Shown here: positions 20,651-30,742 of the stretch, in pieces | Position numbering within the stretch: the first letter of the stretch is position 1 | Layout of the letters: each line of letters begins with the position of its first letter | Origin: Candidatus Heimdallarchaeota archaeon | GTDB lineage: Archaea; Asgardarchaeota; Heimdallarchaeia; JABLTI01 | Reading direction: 5' to 3' | Length of the DNA: 64,000 nt | Assembly: GCA_018238155.1 (NCBI GenBank) | Contig: JABCTZ010000032.1 | Coordinates: 192,001 to 256,000 of the forward strand | The notes under the pieces: model-generated | Seen by the model: the letters and a program-made list of their open reading frames with translations, nothing else | The model's database searches: none | What the model was told of the DNA's origin: nothing | Position numbers and translations under genes: made by a program

Positions 20651-21598
20651 ATGACCAAAAATAAAGAAAAAACTGTGTTATTAACCAAAGATGGTATACG
20701 ACATGATGGTCGTAAAAGAGAAGACTTACGAGAAATTTCATTTGAAGTAGGTGTCTTAGATAGAGCTGATGGCTCCTGTCTAATCCAATGGGGACGAAAC
20801 AAGATTTTAGCCGCGGTATATGGGCCTCGTGAATTGCATCCAAAACACATGCAAATGCCTGGTCAAGCATATATTAGATGTGAATACAGAATGGCAACAT
20901 TCTCTGTTCCTAACAGAAAAAGTCCTGCACCAAAGAGAAGAGAAAAAGAAATTTCTAAATTACTCGGTGAAGCTTTAAACCCTGCATTATTTACTTATCT
21001 CTATCCTCGTTCAGTAATTGATGTATTTATTGAAGTATTACAAGCAGATGGTGGTACAAGATGTGCTGCAATTACCGCTGCATCTTTAGCATTAGCTGAT
21101 GCTGGTATACCAATGAAAGATCTAGTCACAGGAGTTGCCGCAGGTAATCTTTCTGAAAAAATAGTTTTGGATCTTGATGATGTTGAAGATAAAGAAGGTC
21201 TTGGTGACTTACCAATTGCTTATCTTCCAAACTTGGAGAAAGTTGTTCTTCTACAATCTGATGGAATATTCACACCAAATCAATATAAAGAAGCTTTAGA
21301 TATGCTTGTTCCTGCTTGTAAGAAGATCTATCAATTACAACGAAAAGCAATCACTGACAAATACTCTCAAATAAATGAGGCTGTTCAGAAAGATTTAGAG
21401 AAAGAGTCAAAAGAAAAATCTGCAAAAGATAAGGACTCTAAAACCAAAGATGATAAGAAAGACAAGAAAGCTGATGATGGAAAGAAATCAAAAGCTTCTG
21501 AGAAGGAAGAGAAAAAGAAGAAAGGCTTAAAGAAATCTTCCAGAAAGAAAGACGATAAAAAACAAGCTTCTAAGGAAAAAGAAGCTAAAAAGGACTAA
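20651..21598 (+). CDS. rrp41: Exosome catalytic subunit Rrp41 with Lys/Asp/Glu-rich C-terminal tail
   Basis: RHDGR, ADGS, AVYGPRE, QADGGTR, ALADAGIPM, DVED. Confidence 0.96.
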   Translation: MTKNKEKTVLLTKDGIRHDGRKREDLREISFEVGVLDRADGSCLIQWGRNKILAAVYGPRELHPKHMQMPGQAYIRCEYRMATFSVPNRKSPAPKRREKEISKLLGEALNPALFTYLYPRSVIDVFIEVLQADGGTRCAAITAASLALADAGIPMKDLVTGVAAGNLSEKIVLDLDDVEDKEGLGDLPIAYLPNLEKVVLLQSDGIFTPNQYKEALDMLVPACKKIYQLQRKAITDKYSQINEAVQKDLEKESKEKSAKDKDSKTKDDKKDKKADDGKKSKASEKEEKKKKGLKKSSRKKDDKKQASKEKEAKKD

Positions 21599-21615
21599 TT
21601 AGGGAGGCAAATACA

Positions 21616-22470
21616 ATGACAAAAAAAGGTCTAATTAGTGTTGTAGAGCGTGAACACATTCTCTCATTATTAAATCATGGTAAAAGAACTGATGGCAGAG
21701 CCTTCGACGAATTCAGAAAGATAACTATTATTCCTGGATACGTTCAAAAAGCAGAAGGATCAGCAATCGCTAAAATTGGCAAAAGCAAAGTAATTGCAGG
21801 TGTAAAAGCACAAATGGGTACTCCATTCCCTGATACACCAAATAAAGGAGTAATTACTACTACTGTAGAATTAGTTCCAGTAGCTGCTCCTGAATTTGAA
21901 TCAGGACCTCCTCGTGAATTTGCCATTGAACTCGCAAGAGTTGCAGATAGAGCAATACGTGAATCAGAAGCAGTATCAAACGAAGATTTGGTGGTATTAC
22001 CAAGTAAATCTGTTTGGATTCTCTTCATTGATATTTATGTGTTAGATCATGATGGAAATCTCTATGATGCATGTGAACTTGCTGCCTTAGGTGCACTATT
22101 AAATACACAAATTCCTGATGTTAAAATAGTCACAAATGAAAAAGGTGAAGAAGTAGTTGAGCTTCTTGAAACAACTCATCCACTAGTAATGAAGCATGTA
22201 CCTATCAGCTGTACTTTCTCAAAAATTGGTGATAATATCATTGTTGATCCAAATTATGCAGAAGAACACATTCAAGACACACGACTTACACTTGCTTTTA
22301 CAGAAGAAAATAAGATTTGTTCCACACAAAAAGGTGAATCTGGAACCTTTTCTGTAGAAGAAATCAAAAAGTGCATTGATATTGCAGCAGAAAGAACGAA
22401 AGACATAAGAAGTCAACTCGATACAATCGTTGACCCACAAGGAAACCCTTGGTCTGAGGAATCCTCCTAA
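21616..22470 (+). CDS. rrp42: Exosome subunit Rrp42
   Basis: RTDGR, AEGSA, PFPDTP, ELARVADR, DHDGN. Confidence 0.96.
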   Translation: MTKKGLISVVEREHILSLLNHGKRTDGRAFDEFRKITIIPGYVQKAEGSAIAKIGKSKVIAGVKAQMGTPFPDTPNKGVITTTVELVPVAAPEFESGPPREFAIELARVADRAIRESEAVSNEDLVVLPSKSVWILFIDIYVLDHDGNLYDACELAALGALLNTQIPDVKIVTNEKGEEVVELLETTHPLVMKHVPISCTFSKIGDNIIVDPNYAEEHIQDTRLTLAFTEENKICSTQKGESGTFSVEEIKKCIDIAAERTKDIRSQLDTIVDPQGNPWSEESS

Positions 22471-22511
22471 GACCAAATTATTCCATAAATAATACCAAGA
22501 AGGTAAAATCA

Positions 22512-22802
22512 ATGACTCGAAAAACAAAGAAAGTCGGTTCAACTGGTCGTTTCGGACCTAGATATGGTTCTCAACTTAAGAAACGTGTCCTAAAAATAGA
22601 GCAAGGCATGCATGCTGCTCACAAATGTCCAAATTGTGCTAGTCCAAATGTAAAAAGGAAATCAGTAGGAATTTGGACCTGTAAAAAATGCAAAGCAAGC
22701 TTTGCAGGTGGCGCATGGGTACCAATAACTCCAACAGGAAAATCGGCTTCAAGAACAACAATAAGTTTAGAAGAACAACGACTTGAGAAAGCCAAGAAAT
22801 GA
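22512..22802 (+). CDS. rpl37ae: 50S ribosomal protein L37ae
   Basis: GRFGPRYG, CPNC, VGIWTCKKC, AGGAW. Confidence 0.97.
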   Translation: MTRKTKKVGSTGRFGPRYGSQLKKRVLKIEQGMHAAHKCPNCASPNVKRKSVGIWTCKKCKASFAGGAWVPITPTGKSASRTTISLEEQRLEKAKK

Positions 22803-23452
22803 ATGAACGAGAAATATCTCCCTACGAAAAATTTATGTTAACAACCTCTAGGAAACCTAGCCATAGGACGCGTTCTTTTACGCGTGATTTGGTTAGGGTT
22901 ATTCCTTGGTGTTTTCATTTTACCAGAGGTTCATGCAGTCTAAAAGACTTAGCTGAAGAGTTAACAGATTTAGGTATAAACAGGGTTCTAATTTTACATG
23001 AGAGAAAAGGAAATCCTAGTCTCATTAAATTTTATAAACTTGTAAACGAGAAATTAGAAGAAAGAGAGTATCGTGTGCGAATTAAAGGGATTAGTCTTGG
23101 TCGAGAACTAAGAAATGTTAGATCAATTTTTACTTCTGAATCTAAATTTAGCGTAATTAATCAATCAAAATCTGATTTTGGTGAACAACTCTATACTATG
23201 TTATCAATATTCTTTGATTTTCAGCGCACACGTGCACTACCTCAAGACCCCAATTTCAAAGGAATAGCTATTCTGTATTCTGATACTACAGAAGGACACA
23301 TCAATTTAGTTTTTCAACAAATAGAATCGAAGAAGATGATTGGTCCAAGAATAACTATATCTGATGTCTATTTAGGTAAGAAAGGTGAAGCTATTAGTTC
23401 ATTGATGGACATAATTGGTATTGGAAAAAGAAAAAGACAATCAAAGAATTGA
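22799..23452 (+). CDS. Brix/Imp4 domain ribosome biogenesis protein
   Basis: LTTSRKPSHRTRSF, RG, ERKGNP; conserved superoperon position. Confidence 0.85.
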   Translation: MNEREISPYEKFMLTTSRKPSHRTRSFTRDLVRVIPWCFHFTRGSCSLKDLAEELTDLGINRVLILHERKGNPSLIKFYKLVNEKLEEREYRVRIKGISLGRELRNVRSIFTSESKFSVINQSKSDFGEQLYTMLSIFFDFQRTRALPQDPNFKGIAILYSDTTEGHINLVFQQIESKKMIGPRITISDVYLGKKGEAISSLMDIIGIGKRKRQSKN

Positions 23453-23490
23453 TTGTTGTATTTATCTGTTAAAATTCTACTGCTGTTGGG

Positions 23491-23778
23491 ATGATTTTGG
23501 TCGACAATCAAGAGAACAATCATTCATTTAGCTTTATTTCTGAATTAGTAATCAAATCGTTATCTAATAAAGAAATTACAGCTATTTATTCTGCAATATA
23601 TCCAGAAACAACAGTTGAAATTAGTTCAAGAGGAAAAGCAGAAATATTTATCGAAGATGGTATTTGCTTGCGAATGGTTTTTTCTGCTATAGATTTCATT
23701 TCCCTACGTGCAATGGTTAGTTCATATTTAAGATGGATTGATGCAGCAATTTCCTCACTAAATATTGTTGAGTTGTAA
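23491..23778 (+). CDS. pcc1: KEOPS subunit Pcc1
   Basis: IYSAIYPE, A.DFISLRAMVSSYLRWI; follows Brix as in the superoperon. Confidence 0.8.
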   Translation: MILVDNQENNHSFSFISELVIKSLSNKEITAIYSAIYPETTVEISSRGKAEIFIEDGICLRMVFSAIDFISLRAMVSSYLRWIDAAISSLNIVEL

Positions 23779-23910
23779 GAAATAAAATCACTTAATGAAA
23801 TACTCCAAGAATACCTAACAAACAACAGAGTGAAAAGATTTTTAATATAAAGCAAATCAAAACAATCAGAAAGAAAGCAATTCTTAATTGCAAGTATAGA
23901 AGGAATAATC

Positions 23911-24093
23911 ATGACTCACGGTTCAGTACAAAAAGCCGGAAAAGTTAGAAACTCTACACCAAAAGTAGAACAAAAACATCATGTTTCTAGGCATCCCCGG
24001 ACAAGAAACAAACATAATTACTTAAAGCGAAATATAAAGGGTATCCCAACTGGACAACAATCAGGCGCAAAGCGTAGAAGAAGAAGAAGATAA
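23911..24093 (+). CDS. rps30e: 30S ribosomal protein S30e
   Basis: HGSVQKAGKVRNSTPKV. Confidence 0.93.
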   Translation: MTHGSVQKAGKVRNSTPKVEQKHHVSRHPRTRNKHNYLKRNIKGIPTGQQSGAKRRRRRR

Positions 24094-24230
24094 CTTCTTC
24101 CTCATTCATATATCCTATACGTTTATCCTTTTACGTTCAACATTAGCCTAATTTTAAAAAGATTTAGTGTAACAATGGAAGCAAATTTGTTAGTAAAATT
24201 TTAAGTGTAATCTAAGTTATCTTAGTAATA

Positions 24231-25835
24231 ATGGATGTTTCACTCTTGGAAAAAGAAAAAATATATCGTGAAATATTGGAACAAATTATCGCTTCTCCCC
24301 CCAAAAATCAAAAAGGTCTAGCGAAAATTAAAAGAGCTGCTTGTAAAAAATACTCTCTAAATCATTTTCCAAGAAATAGTGATATCCTAGAATGTGCTAC
24401 TGAAAAGGAACGACCAATAGTTCTTCCAATTTTAATCAAAAAACCGAGTAGAACTCTATCTGGAGTTGCTGTAGTTGCTGTAATGAGTAAACCTTTAGCA
24501 TGTCCACATGGGAAATGTACTATGTGCCCTGGCGGACCGGAGGAAGATAGTCCACAATCATATACTGGTTTTGAACCTGCTGCAATGCGTGGGAAAATGT
24601 TTGAATATGATCCTGAAAAACAAGTTACTGCAAGATTGCAACAATTAGAAGCAATTGGTCATAATACTAGTAAAATTGATTTAATTTTAATGGGTGGAAC
24701 ATTACCTGCTGCTCCATTGGAATATCAAGAATCTTTCATTAAGGGTTGTCTTGATGGTGTTACCAAAAGACATTCCAAAACAATTGAAGACGCAATAGAA
24801 TTTGCAGAAACAAGTGAAAGACGTTGTGTAGGCATAACAGTAGAAACACGACCTGATACTTGTTCAATTGAAAATTTAAAACAGCAATTAAATTGGGGTG
24901 TTACTCGAGTAGAAGTAGGTGTGCAAATAGTTAACGACAAAGTTTACACGAGAATTAATCGTGGACATACTGTGGATGATGTGACCAATGCTTTCAAAAC
25001 ACTACGAGATTTAGGTTTGAAAGTTACAGCGCATATGATGGTTGGATTACCTGGTGTTACTTGGGAAAAGGAACTTGAAAGTTTCAAGACCTTTATGCAA
25101 GATTCTAGATTTACACCTGATGAATTGAAAATATATCCATTGATGCTAATGGAAAACACTAAACTTTATCAAGAATATTTAGCTGGTGACTATGAACCCT
25201 TAACTCATGATGAAACCGTCAAGAGAGTTGCAGAATTTAAAATCAATATTCTACCTAGTATTCGTTTGAAAAGAGTATTACGTGATATTCCTGCTACAAA
25301 GATATTTGCTGGACCGAAGAAAAGTGATTTACGGGAATACGCACAAAGACATTTAGAAGAATCTGGACGAAAATGTCGTTGTATTCGTTGCAGAGAAGTG
25401 GGTCATCAAATTAGGAAAGGTATCAATCCTTCAATTGATGATATAGAATTAATTAGAAGGGAGTATGATGCTTCAGGAGGAAAAGAAATTTTTCTTTCAT
25501 ATGAAGATACTTCTCAAGATATTATTTTGGGATTCTTACGTCTCCGTCATCCATCTGAGGATAGACTCATCTCAGGTGTCGGAGAAAAACCATTTTCTAT
25601 CATAAGAGAACTACATATTTATGGGTCTATTGTGGGAATTGGTTTTAATGCAAAACAAGCTTCAGATTGGCAACACAAGGGCTATGGCTCAAAATTAGTT
25701 GAAGAAGCGGTTACAATATCTCGAGATGAAGAGGGAAGTGAATTGTTGTTAGTAACAAGTGGAATTGGTGTTAGAGAATACTATAAAAAAAGAGGATTTG
25801 GAAAGCTCTATCCATATATGGCTCGAGTTTTGTAA
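24231..25835 (+). CDS. elp3: tRNA U34 acetyltransferase Elp3
   Basis: RTLSGVAVVAVM, CPHGKCTMCPGG, ETRPD, LKIYP, RELHIYG, QHKGYG. Confidence 0.97.
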   Translation: MDVSLLEKEKIYREILEQIIASPPKNQKGLAKIKRAACKKYSLNHFPRNSDILECATEKERPIVLPILIKKPSRTLSGVAVVAVMSKPLACPHGKCTMCPGGPEEDSPQSYTGFEPAAMRGKMFEYDPEKQVTARLQQLEAIGHNTSKIDLILMGGTLPAAPLEYQESFIKGCLDGVTKRHSKTIEDAIEFAETSERRCVGITVETRPDTCSIENLKQQLNWGVTRVEVGVQIVNDKVYTRINRGHTVDDVTNAFKTLRDLGLKVTAHMMVGLPGVTWEKELESFKTFMQDSRFTPDELKIYPLMLMENTKLYQEYLAGDYEPLTHDETVKRVAEFKINILPSIRLKRVLRDIPATKIFAGPKKSDLREYAQRHLEESGRKCRCIRCREVGHQIRKGINPSIDDIELIRREYDASGGKEIFLSYEDTSQDIILGFLRLRHPSEDRLISGVGEKPFSIIRELHIYGSIVGIGFNAKQASDWQHKGYGSKLVEEAVTISRDEEGSELLLVTSGIGVREYYKKRGFGKLYPYMARVL

Positions 25836-25837
25836 GC

Positions 25838-27544
25838 TCATTTGAAGAGTAATAAACTATCTCTGAATTTTTCGGGTTTTTTAAACCCAAGAAGATTAAG
25901 TACAGTTGAAGCAACATTGCTCAATCCAGGTTCGTTTACTTGCGGATTTAATTCGTACTCTCCTTTCCAATTTTTATCAACAATCCAAAAACCGACTGGA
26001 TTTAATGAATGAGCTGTTTTTGTTCTACCATCTTTGAATTTCATCTCTTCACAATTACCATGATCTGCAGTAATAATAGTAATGCCATTTTGTTCATTAA
26101 CAATATCGATTAAATCTTCTAGGCATTTATCAACAACTTTAACAGATTTTACTGCAGCATCAATAACCCCTGTATGACCAACCATGTCACCATTTGCAAG
26201 GTTTACTCTTACAAATTTGAATTTATTACTCTTCAAAATTTCAATAACTTGATTACAAACTTCCACCGCTTTCATTTCTGGATGAATTGGAATCATTTCA
26301 TTTGGTTCAGATTGAATCTCAACATATTCTTCTTGTCCTTCGCATACATAACCTGAACGATTTCCGTTCCAAAAATAGGTTACATGCCCAAATTTATGCG
26401 TCTCAGCAATAGCAAATGAGGTAATACCGTTTGAACAACAATAATCGGAGAGGATATCTGTGATATCTGGAGACTTAACCAAATATCGTTTCGGAATAAA
26501 TTTATCTCCATCATATTGCATTAGCCCCACATAATCTATCTGTGGAAAAACAATTCGATCAAATTTATCAAAATTCTCATCCTCAAAAGCTTGAGTAATT
26601 TGGATTGCTCTATCTCCTCTGAAATTAAAATTAACAACTAAATCATCATCAACGATTTTTCCTACAGGTTGCTCCTTTTCATCTATGATTACAAATGGTG
26701 GTAATGTTTGATCGTTTTTATTTGGAAAACAATTGCGTGCATGTGTTATCGCTTCTTCTGCAGATTTGTAATAGCCTTTGTACCCGTTGACAAGTTCTTC
26801 ATCTTCAATAATACCTCGAACATGAGCATTCCATCCTCTTTGAACAATTTTCCAATCTGATTCATACCTATCCATGGTAACTTGCATTCTTCCTCCGCCT
26901 GAAGCAATTCTATAATCATGCTTTTGGTTGGAATATTTACAATTCATTTCTTCCAATTTAGTTTCTAGAGGATAAATAAATTCTAAAGCAGAGTGAGCGG
27001 AAACATCTCTTCCATCTGTAAGAACATGCACTCTTAGATTTTGTATTTTTGCTCTAGCAAAGCCTTCAATTAAACTAATTAGTTGGGATAAATTGCTGTG
27101 AACATTGCCATCAGATAATAGCCCTATAAGATGAACAGTACTGTTTTTAGCTTGTGCTCTTTTCGTCAGTTTTTCCCAAATTTCAGTTTGAAAAATAGCT
27201 TTGGTTTTAATGGATGCACTGACAAGTTTGGCTCCCTGATCAATTATTTGTCCAGATCCCAAAGCATTATGACCTACTTCGCTATTCCCCATATCATTAT
27301 CAGATAATAAACCAACAGCTGGTCCATGAGCTCTTAGTGAACAATATAACATCCTTTCAGAGCACTCTACAGTTATTTTTTGCAATGTCTTTGGTTTAGC
27401 TAGAAACACTGCATTTCCATCATCTTCTTTGCCTAAACCGATACCATCCATAATGATCAATAGTAGAGGACCCGTTCTACCTGTGAACGACTTTAATTTT
27501 TCAAGTTTATACATAGAATTGTCCAACTTTTCAGTAATTTTCAT
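25838..27544 (-). CDS. gpmI: 2,3-BPG-independent phosphoglycerate mutase (GpmI type)
   Basis: MDGIG, DMGNSEVGH, DGNVHS, DGRD, NFRGDRA, DMVGHTG, ADHGN. Confidence 0.96.
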   Translation of the reverse strand: MKITEKLDNSMYKLEKLKSFTGRTGPLLLIIMDGIGLGKEDDGNAVFLAKPKTLQKITVECSERMLYCSLRAHGPAVGLLSDNDMGNSEVGHNALGSGQIIDQGAKLVSASIKTKAIFQTEIWEKLTKRAQAKNSTVHLIGLLSDGNVHSNLSQLISLIEGFARAKIQNLRVHVLTDGRDVSAHSALEFIYPLETKLEEMNCKYSNQKHDYRIASGGGRMQVTMDRYESDWKIVQRGWNAHVRGIIEDEELVNGYKGYYKSAEEAITHARNCFPNKNDQTLPPFVIIDEKEQPVGKIVDDDLVVNFNFRGDRAIQITQAFEDENFDKFDRIVFPQIDYVGLMQYDGDKFIPKRYLVKSPDITDILSDYCCSNGITSFAIAETHKFGHVTYFWNGNRSGYVCEGQEEYVEIQSEPNEMIPIHPEMKAVEVCNQVIEILKSNKFKFVRVNLANGDMVGHTGVIDAAVKSVKVVDKCLEDLIDIVNEQNGITIITADHGNCEEMKFKDGRTKTAHSLNPVGFWIVDKNWKGEYELNPQVNEPGLSNVASTVLNLLGFKKPEKFRDSLLLFK

Positions 27545-27720
27545 TCAAATCATCGTTGCTACTAAAATATTGCTTAAAAACATTTAAGAATATTGATTTT
27601 TATTCTAATAATCCCTTTACTGGAAACAAACTGCATAATAAAGCAAACAAAACTGTAGTAATGCCGCTAAAGAATAATTAATATCTAAGAATTCTTTTGT
27701 AATGAATAGGATTGTAAAAA

Positions 27721-29124
27721 TTGAGTGAAAAAAGGAACATCGAAATAGATGAAACTATCTCAGTTGAAGCAAAAATGAAACCAACCGCTGTACCTGAAAC
27801 AATTATTTTTGAAGAAAAAGAGACTCTTACATCTGAGATCAACGAAGAATCAGCTTTAACACTACCTAAAATTTCACAAAAAAGTGTAGAGCTTTCCGTT
27901 AGAATCGAGACTAGAGATGATTTATCCGGTGTAGCTGTTTTTTCAAAAGAAGATGCAATTAAACTTTCATTACAAGAAAATGACTATGTGGAATTATATG
28001 ATTCTGCAGTTGGCAAATCTGGAGTAATAAAAGCTTGTATTGATGATGAACTCTCGATTGGTTGGATATTAATTGATCAAAATATTTATCATGTCTTCAA
28101 TTTCACAAGCGAGTCATTAAGAGTGAAAGTATTTCAACAAGAACCCTACACAGCGGATAAAGTAACACTTTCCATCAGTTCTTTATCAGGCGATGTTTTT
28201 GACCTAGTGAATGAATTCAGAAATGATAGTAGTTCACTGAAGGAATTTCTGAAAAATTATGTTATTAGAAAAGGTTTAGTGTTAATGTGGAAAGAAAAGA
28301 ATGCTAAAATCAAAATAACTGAAATTCTTCCTGAAATATCTGATGAAGAAGCGATAATTTTCGATTTTAGTAAACCACGAGTTTTAGCTATTATACCTGA
28401 AGGTGGGATAGAATTTAATGCTATTCTTTTAATGGATATCTCAAAATCAATGATCGCTCGAGATTTAGAAGTAATAAATGTCCAACCTGTTATTGAAGAA
28501 ATTAAACACGTTTTTAGATCTGTGCAAGTAGATGCATTTCTCAAAGATTTCAAAGAAGGTAATTACGTAAAAAGAAGATCTGGTGCTGCTTTCGCTGGAT
28601 TGTTATTTTTGAAAGAAAAAGTGAAGCGAGGATTAGATGAAATTATTGGTGTAATTACATTCGCAGAAGAAGCTGAAGTATTGAAATTTGATTATAAACC
28701 ATTCATAAATTCAAAAATAATGTCAAAAGGTGCTGCTGATAGATTTGCCGAGATTATAATAGAAAATGTTGAAGATAAATCAGGTGTTTCAACAAATATG
28801 GCTGGAGCAATAGAAAAATGCCTCTATATTGTAAAACACCTCCCGATACTAAAAAGACGAAATCCTCTACTAGTAATTTTGCTTACTGATGGTTTTGATA
28901 CAAGTAAACGAGTGAAAGAAGCAGTTGAGAAGACTCTGGCTGGAAAAAATAACGTTGTTCTGTATTCAGTCGGAATAGGTCCCTATGTAAATAAACGTGA
29001 ATTGCAAGAGATAAGTGCATTGTGTGGAGGAGAAGTATTCTTACCTGAGAATTTAGAAGAATTGAGTAACTGGTATCAAAATATTGCTCGAGATTTAGCT
29101 ATTCAACTCAGTGAGAATGATTAA
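27721..29124 (+). CDS. vWA-domain protein with N-terminal Cdc48/NSF-N-like region
   Basis: MIDAS DISKS...STNM...LLTDG; residues ~60-210 resemble the Cdc48 N-domain (KLSLQENDYVEL, ADKVTLS, IRKG). Confidence 0.7.
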   Translation: MSEKRNIEIDETISVEAKMKPTAVPETIIFEEKETLTSEINEESALTLPKISQKSVELSVRIETRDDLSGVAVFSKEDAIKLSLQENDYVELYDSAVGKSGVIKACIDDELSIGWILIDQNIYHVFNFTSESLRVKVFQQEPYTADKVTLSISSLSGDVFDLVNEFRNDSSSLKEFLKNYVIRKGLVLMWKEKNAKIKITEILPEISDEEAIIFDFSKPRVLAIIPEGGIEFNAILLMDISKSMIARDLEVINVQPVIEEIKHVFRSVQVDAFLKDFKEGNYVKRRSGAAFAGLLFLKEKVKRGLDEIIGVITFAEEAEVLKFDYKPFINSKIMSKGAADRFAEIIIENVEDKSGVSTNMAGAIEKCLYIVKHLPILKRRNPLLVILLTDGFDTSKRVKEAVEKTLAGKNNVVLYSVGIGPYVNKRELQEISALCGGEVFLPENLEELSNWYQNIARDLAIQLSEND

Positions 29125-29324
29125 CAATATCATTCCCGATATTAAGAACTATTATTTCTAAGATCAATTATCTGCATTTTATAACTTACTTTATTGGTGA
29201 TAGGATTTGATAAAATGAAAGAAAAAGAACGGTTTGAAAAGAAGAAATTCTATTTCGATAGAAGAGTATGATTAACTTACAAAAGATGAGATTGAAACCT
29301 CATAAATTGCTTTTCAACATTGTG

Positions 29325-29666
29325 TCAATCCTTCCACACTTGAGCGCCACAATTAGGACATTCTTCATCGTCATAATTCATTTTCCTACCACAAAATTCA
29401 CATTTAGTTGAAGCTGTTTCTTTGCTAGCTTCATCATATTTTTCTTCAAATTTGACATTTGATTCTTTGCCGCGTTTCATTAGAAATCTAATAAGGAAAG
29501 CGAATCCAATAGTCGTTCCAACAATTACAAGTAACACACCAACAAACATAACTATAGCAAATACCCAGAAAGCGGTGAAGATACCTGAAAAAGGCTCTGG
29601 TATTTCAAGAGCATTAACAATAATGTTAAGTAAATTAGTAGTTATCATTGAATTTAGTCCTTTCAA
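29325..29666 (-). CDS. Membrane-anchored zinc-ribbon protein
   Basis: TM segment followed by CEFCG...CPNCGA. Confidence 0.7.
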   Translation of the reverse strand: MKGLNSMITTNLLNIIVNALEIPEPFSGIFTAFWVFAIVMFVGVLLVIVGTTIGFAFLIRFLMKRGKESNVKFEEKYDEASKETASTKCEFCGRKMNYDDEECPNCGAQVWKD

Positions 29667-29804
29667 TTAGATGATATATTATATGAATTAAGTTTCTCAA
29701 ATTATTTTAGCTTTTCGCTTTTAAAAAGATAACTAATACATAAAAATTGAATTAAAACCTTTTACAAAAGATATTTAATGGTTTATTTTTCTCCGATAGT
29801 ATCT

Positions 29805-29905
29805 GGATCCGTAGCGCAGTTTGGATAGCGCATCTGCCTCCTAATGTAAAACTATAAACAGGAGAAAGTAGAGGGTCGTGGGTTCAAATCTCACCGGATC
29901 CGCCA
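29805..29905 (+). tRNA. tRNA-Arg(CCT) with 23-nt intron at 37/38 (29844-29866)
   Basis: Acceptor stem GGATCCG/CGGATCC, D-stem GCGC/GCGC, anticodon stem TCTGC/GTAGA, BHB helix CTCC/GGAG, T-loop TTCAAAT, encoded CCA. Confidence 0.93.
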
Positions 29906-29941
29906 TTTCATTTTTCTTTCTATCTTATTCAGATTTGTAGA

Positions 29942-30595
29942 TTATTTTCTTTTTTTCCCAATTAATGGAATAAGCATACCAACTTTTTTTTGATATTCAA
30001 TATACTCTTCACCAAATTCTTTCACTAAGATTCTCTCTTCATATTTTGCAGTAAAATAATAACCAATTATTCCTAATAAAAGAGGAAATAGAAGATAATT
30101 GAACATTGTTAATGGCAATCCTATGAAGTAATAACAATATGAAGCATATAATGGATGCCTTACAAATCGGAACCATCCTTTCATAGTTAAGCTCTTAGGA
30201 ATCCCCCAAGAAATGGCTTTTGTGCCGCGAGATACCCGACCAATAATGGCGGTTACTGTTCCAAAAGTAACTAATATCATCCCAATAATCTGAAAGAAGA
30301 TTCCTACAAAAGGAATGTCGAAATTAAAATATAATATGAAATTATCCCAATTCAAAAAATGAAGTATAGACCAAAATAAAAAGAATGACCAAAAAACCAA
30401 ACTAGAAAGTACAGTTACAATTTTGACAAAATTTGATTTATCCCATGGAGGATATTCTTTTGCTCCTGTTTTGGTTTTTTCAACTTTTGAATTATAAGTA
30501 ATAATATCTAGTGGAATATGAACTGTCAAGTAAAGCAAAGCATTAGAACCAATGAAAATCGCTAGGAGATTGTAGTCTAACAAAATGGTACACAA
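29942..30595 (-). CDS. Isoprenylcysteine carboxyl methyltransferase / PEMT family membrane protein
   Basis: GWFRFVRHPLY, YEERIL..FGEEY.EY.KKV. Confidence 0.85.
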   Translation of the reverse strand: MCTILLDYNLLAIFIGSNALLYLTVHIPLDIITYNSKVEKTKTGAKEYPPWDKSNFVKIVTVLSSLVFWSFFLFWSILHFLNWDNFILYFNFDIPFVGIFFQIIGMILVTFGTVTAIIGRVSRGTKAISWGIPKSLTMKGWFRFVRHPLYASYCYYFIGLPLTMFNYLLFPLLLGIIGYYFTAKYEERILVKEFGEEYIEYQKKVGMLIPLIGKKRK

Positions 30596-30742
30596 CCAAA
30601 TATGAAATAATCTACTAATTAAATATAATTGCTATAATCAGTATTTTTTACTATTCCTCATACCAATACTATAAAAATAACCTCTGATATTTAGTTAAAT
30701 AGAAAAAAATAAACAACACTTTTCTCCCTTGAGGGTTAAGAA

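Noticed and set aside
29844-29866. tRNA-Arg intron as a guide RNA
   Set aside because: Only 23 nt, with no K-turn or box motifs
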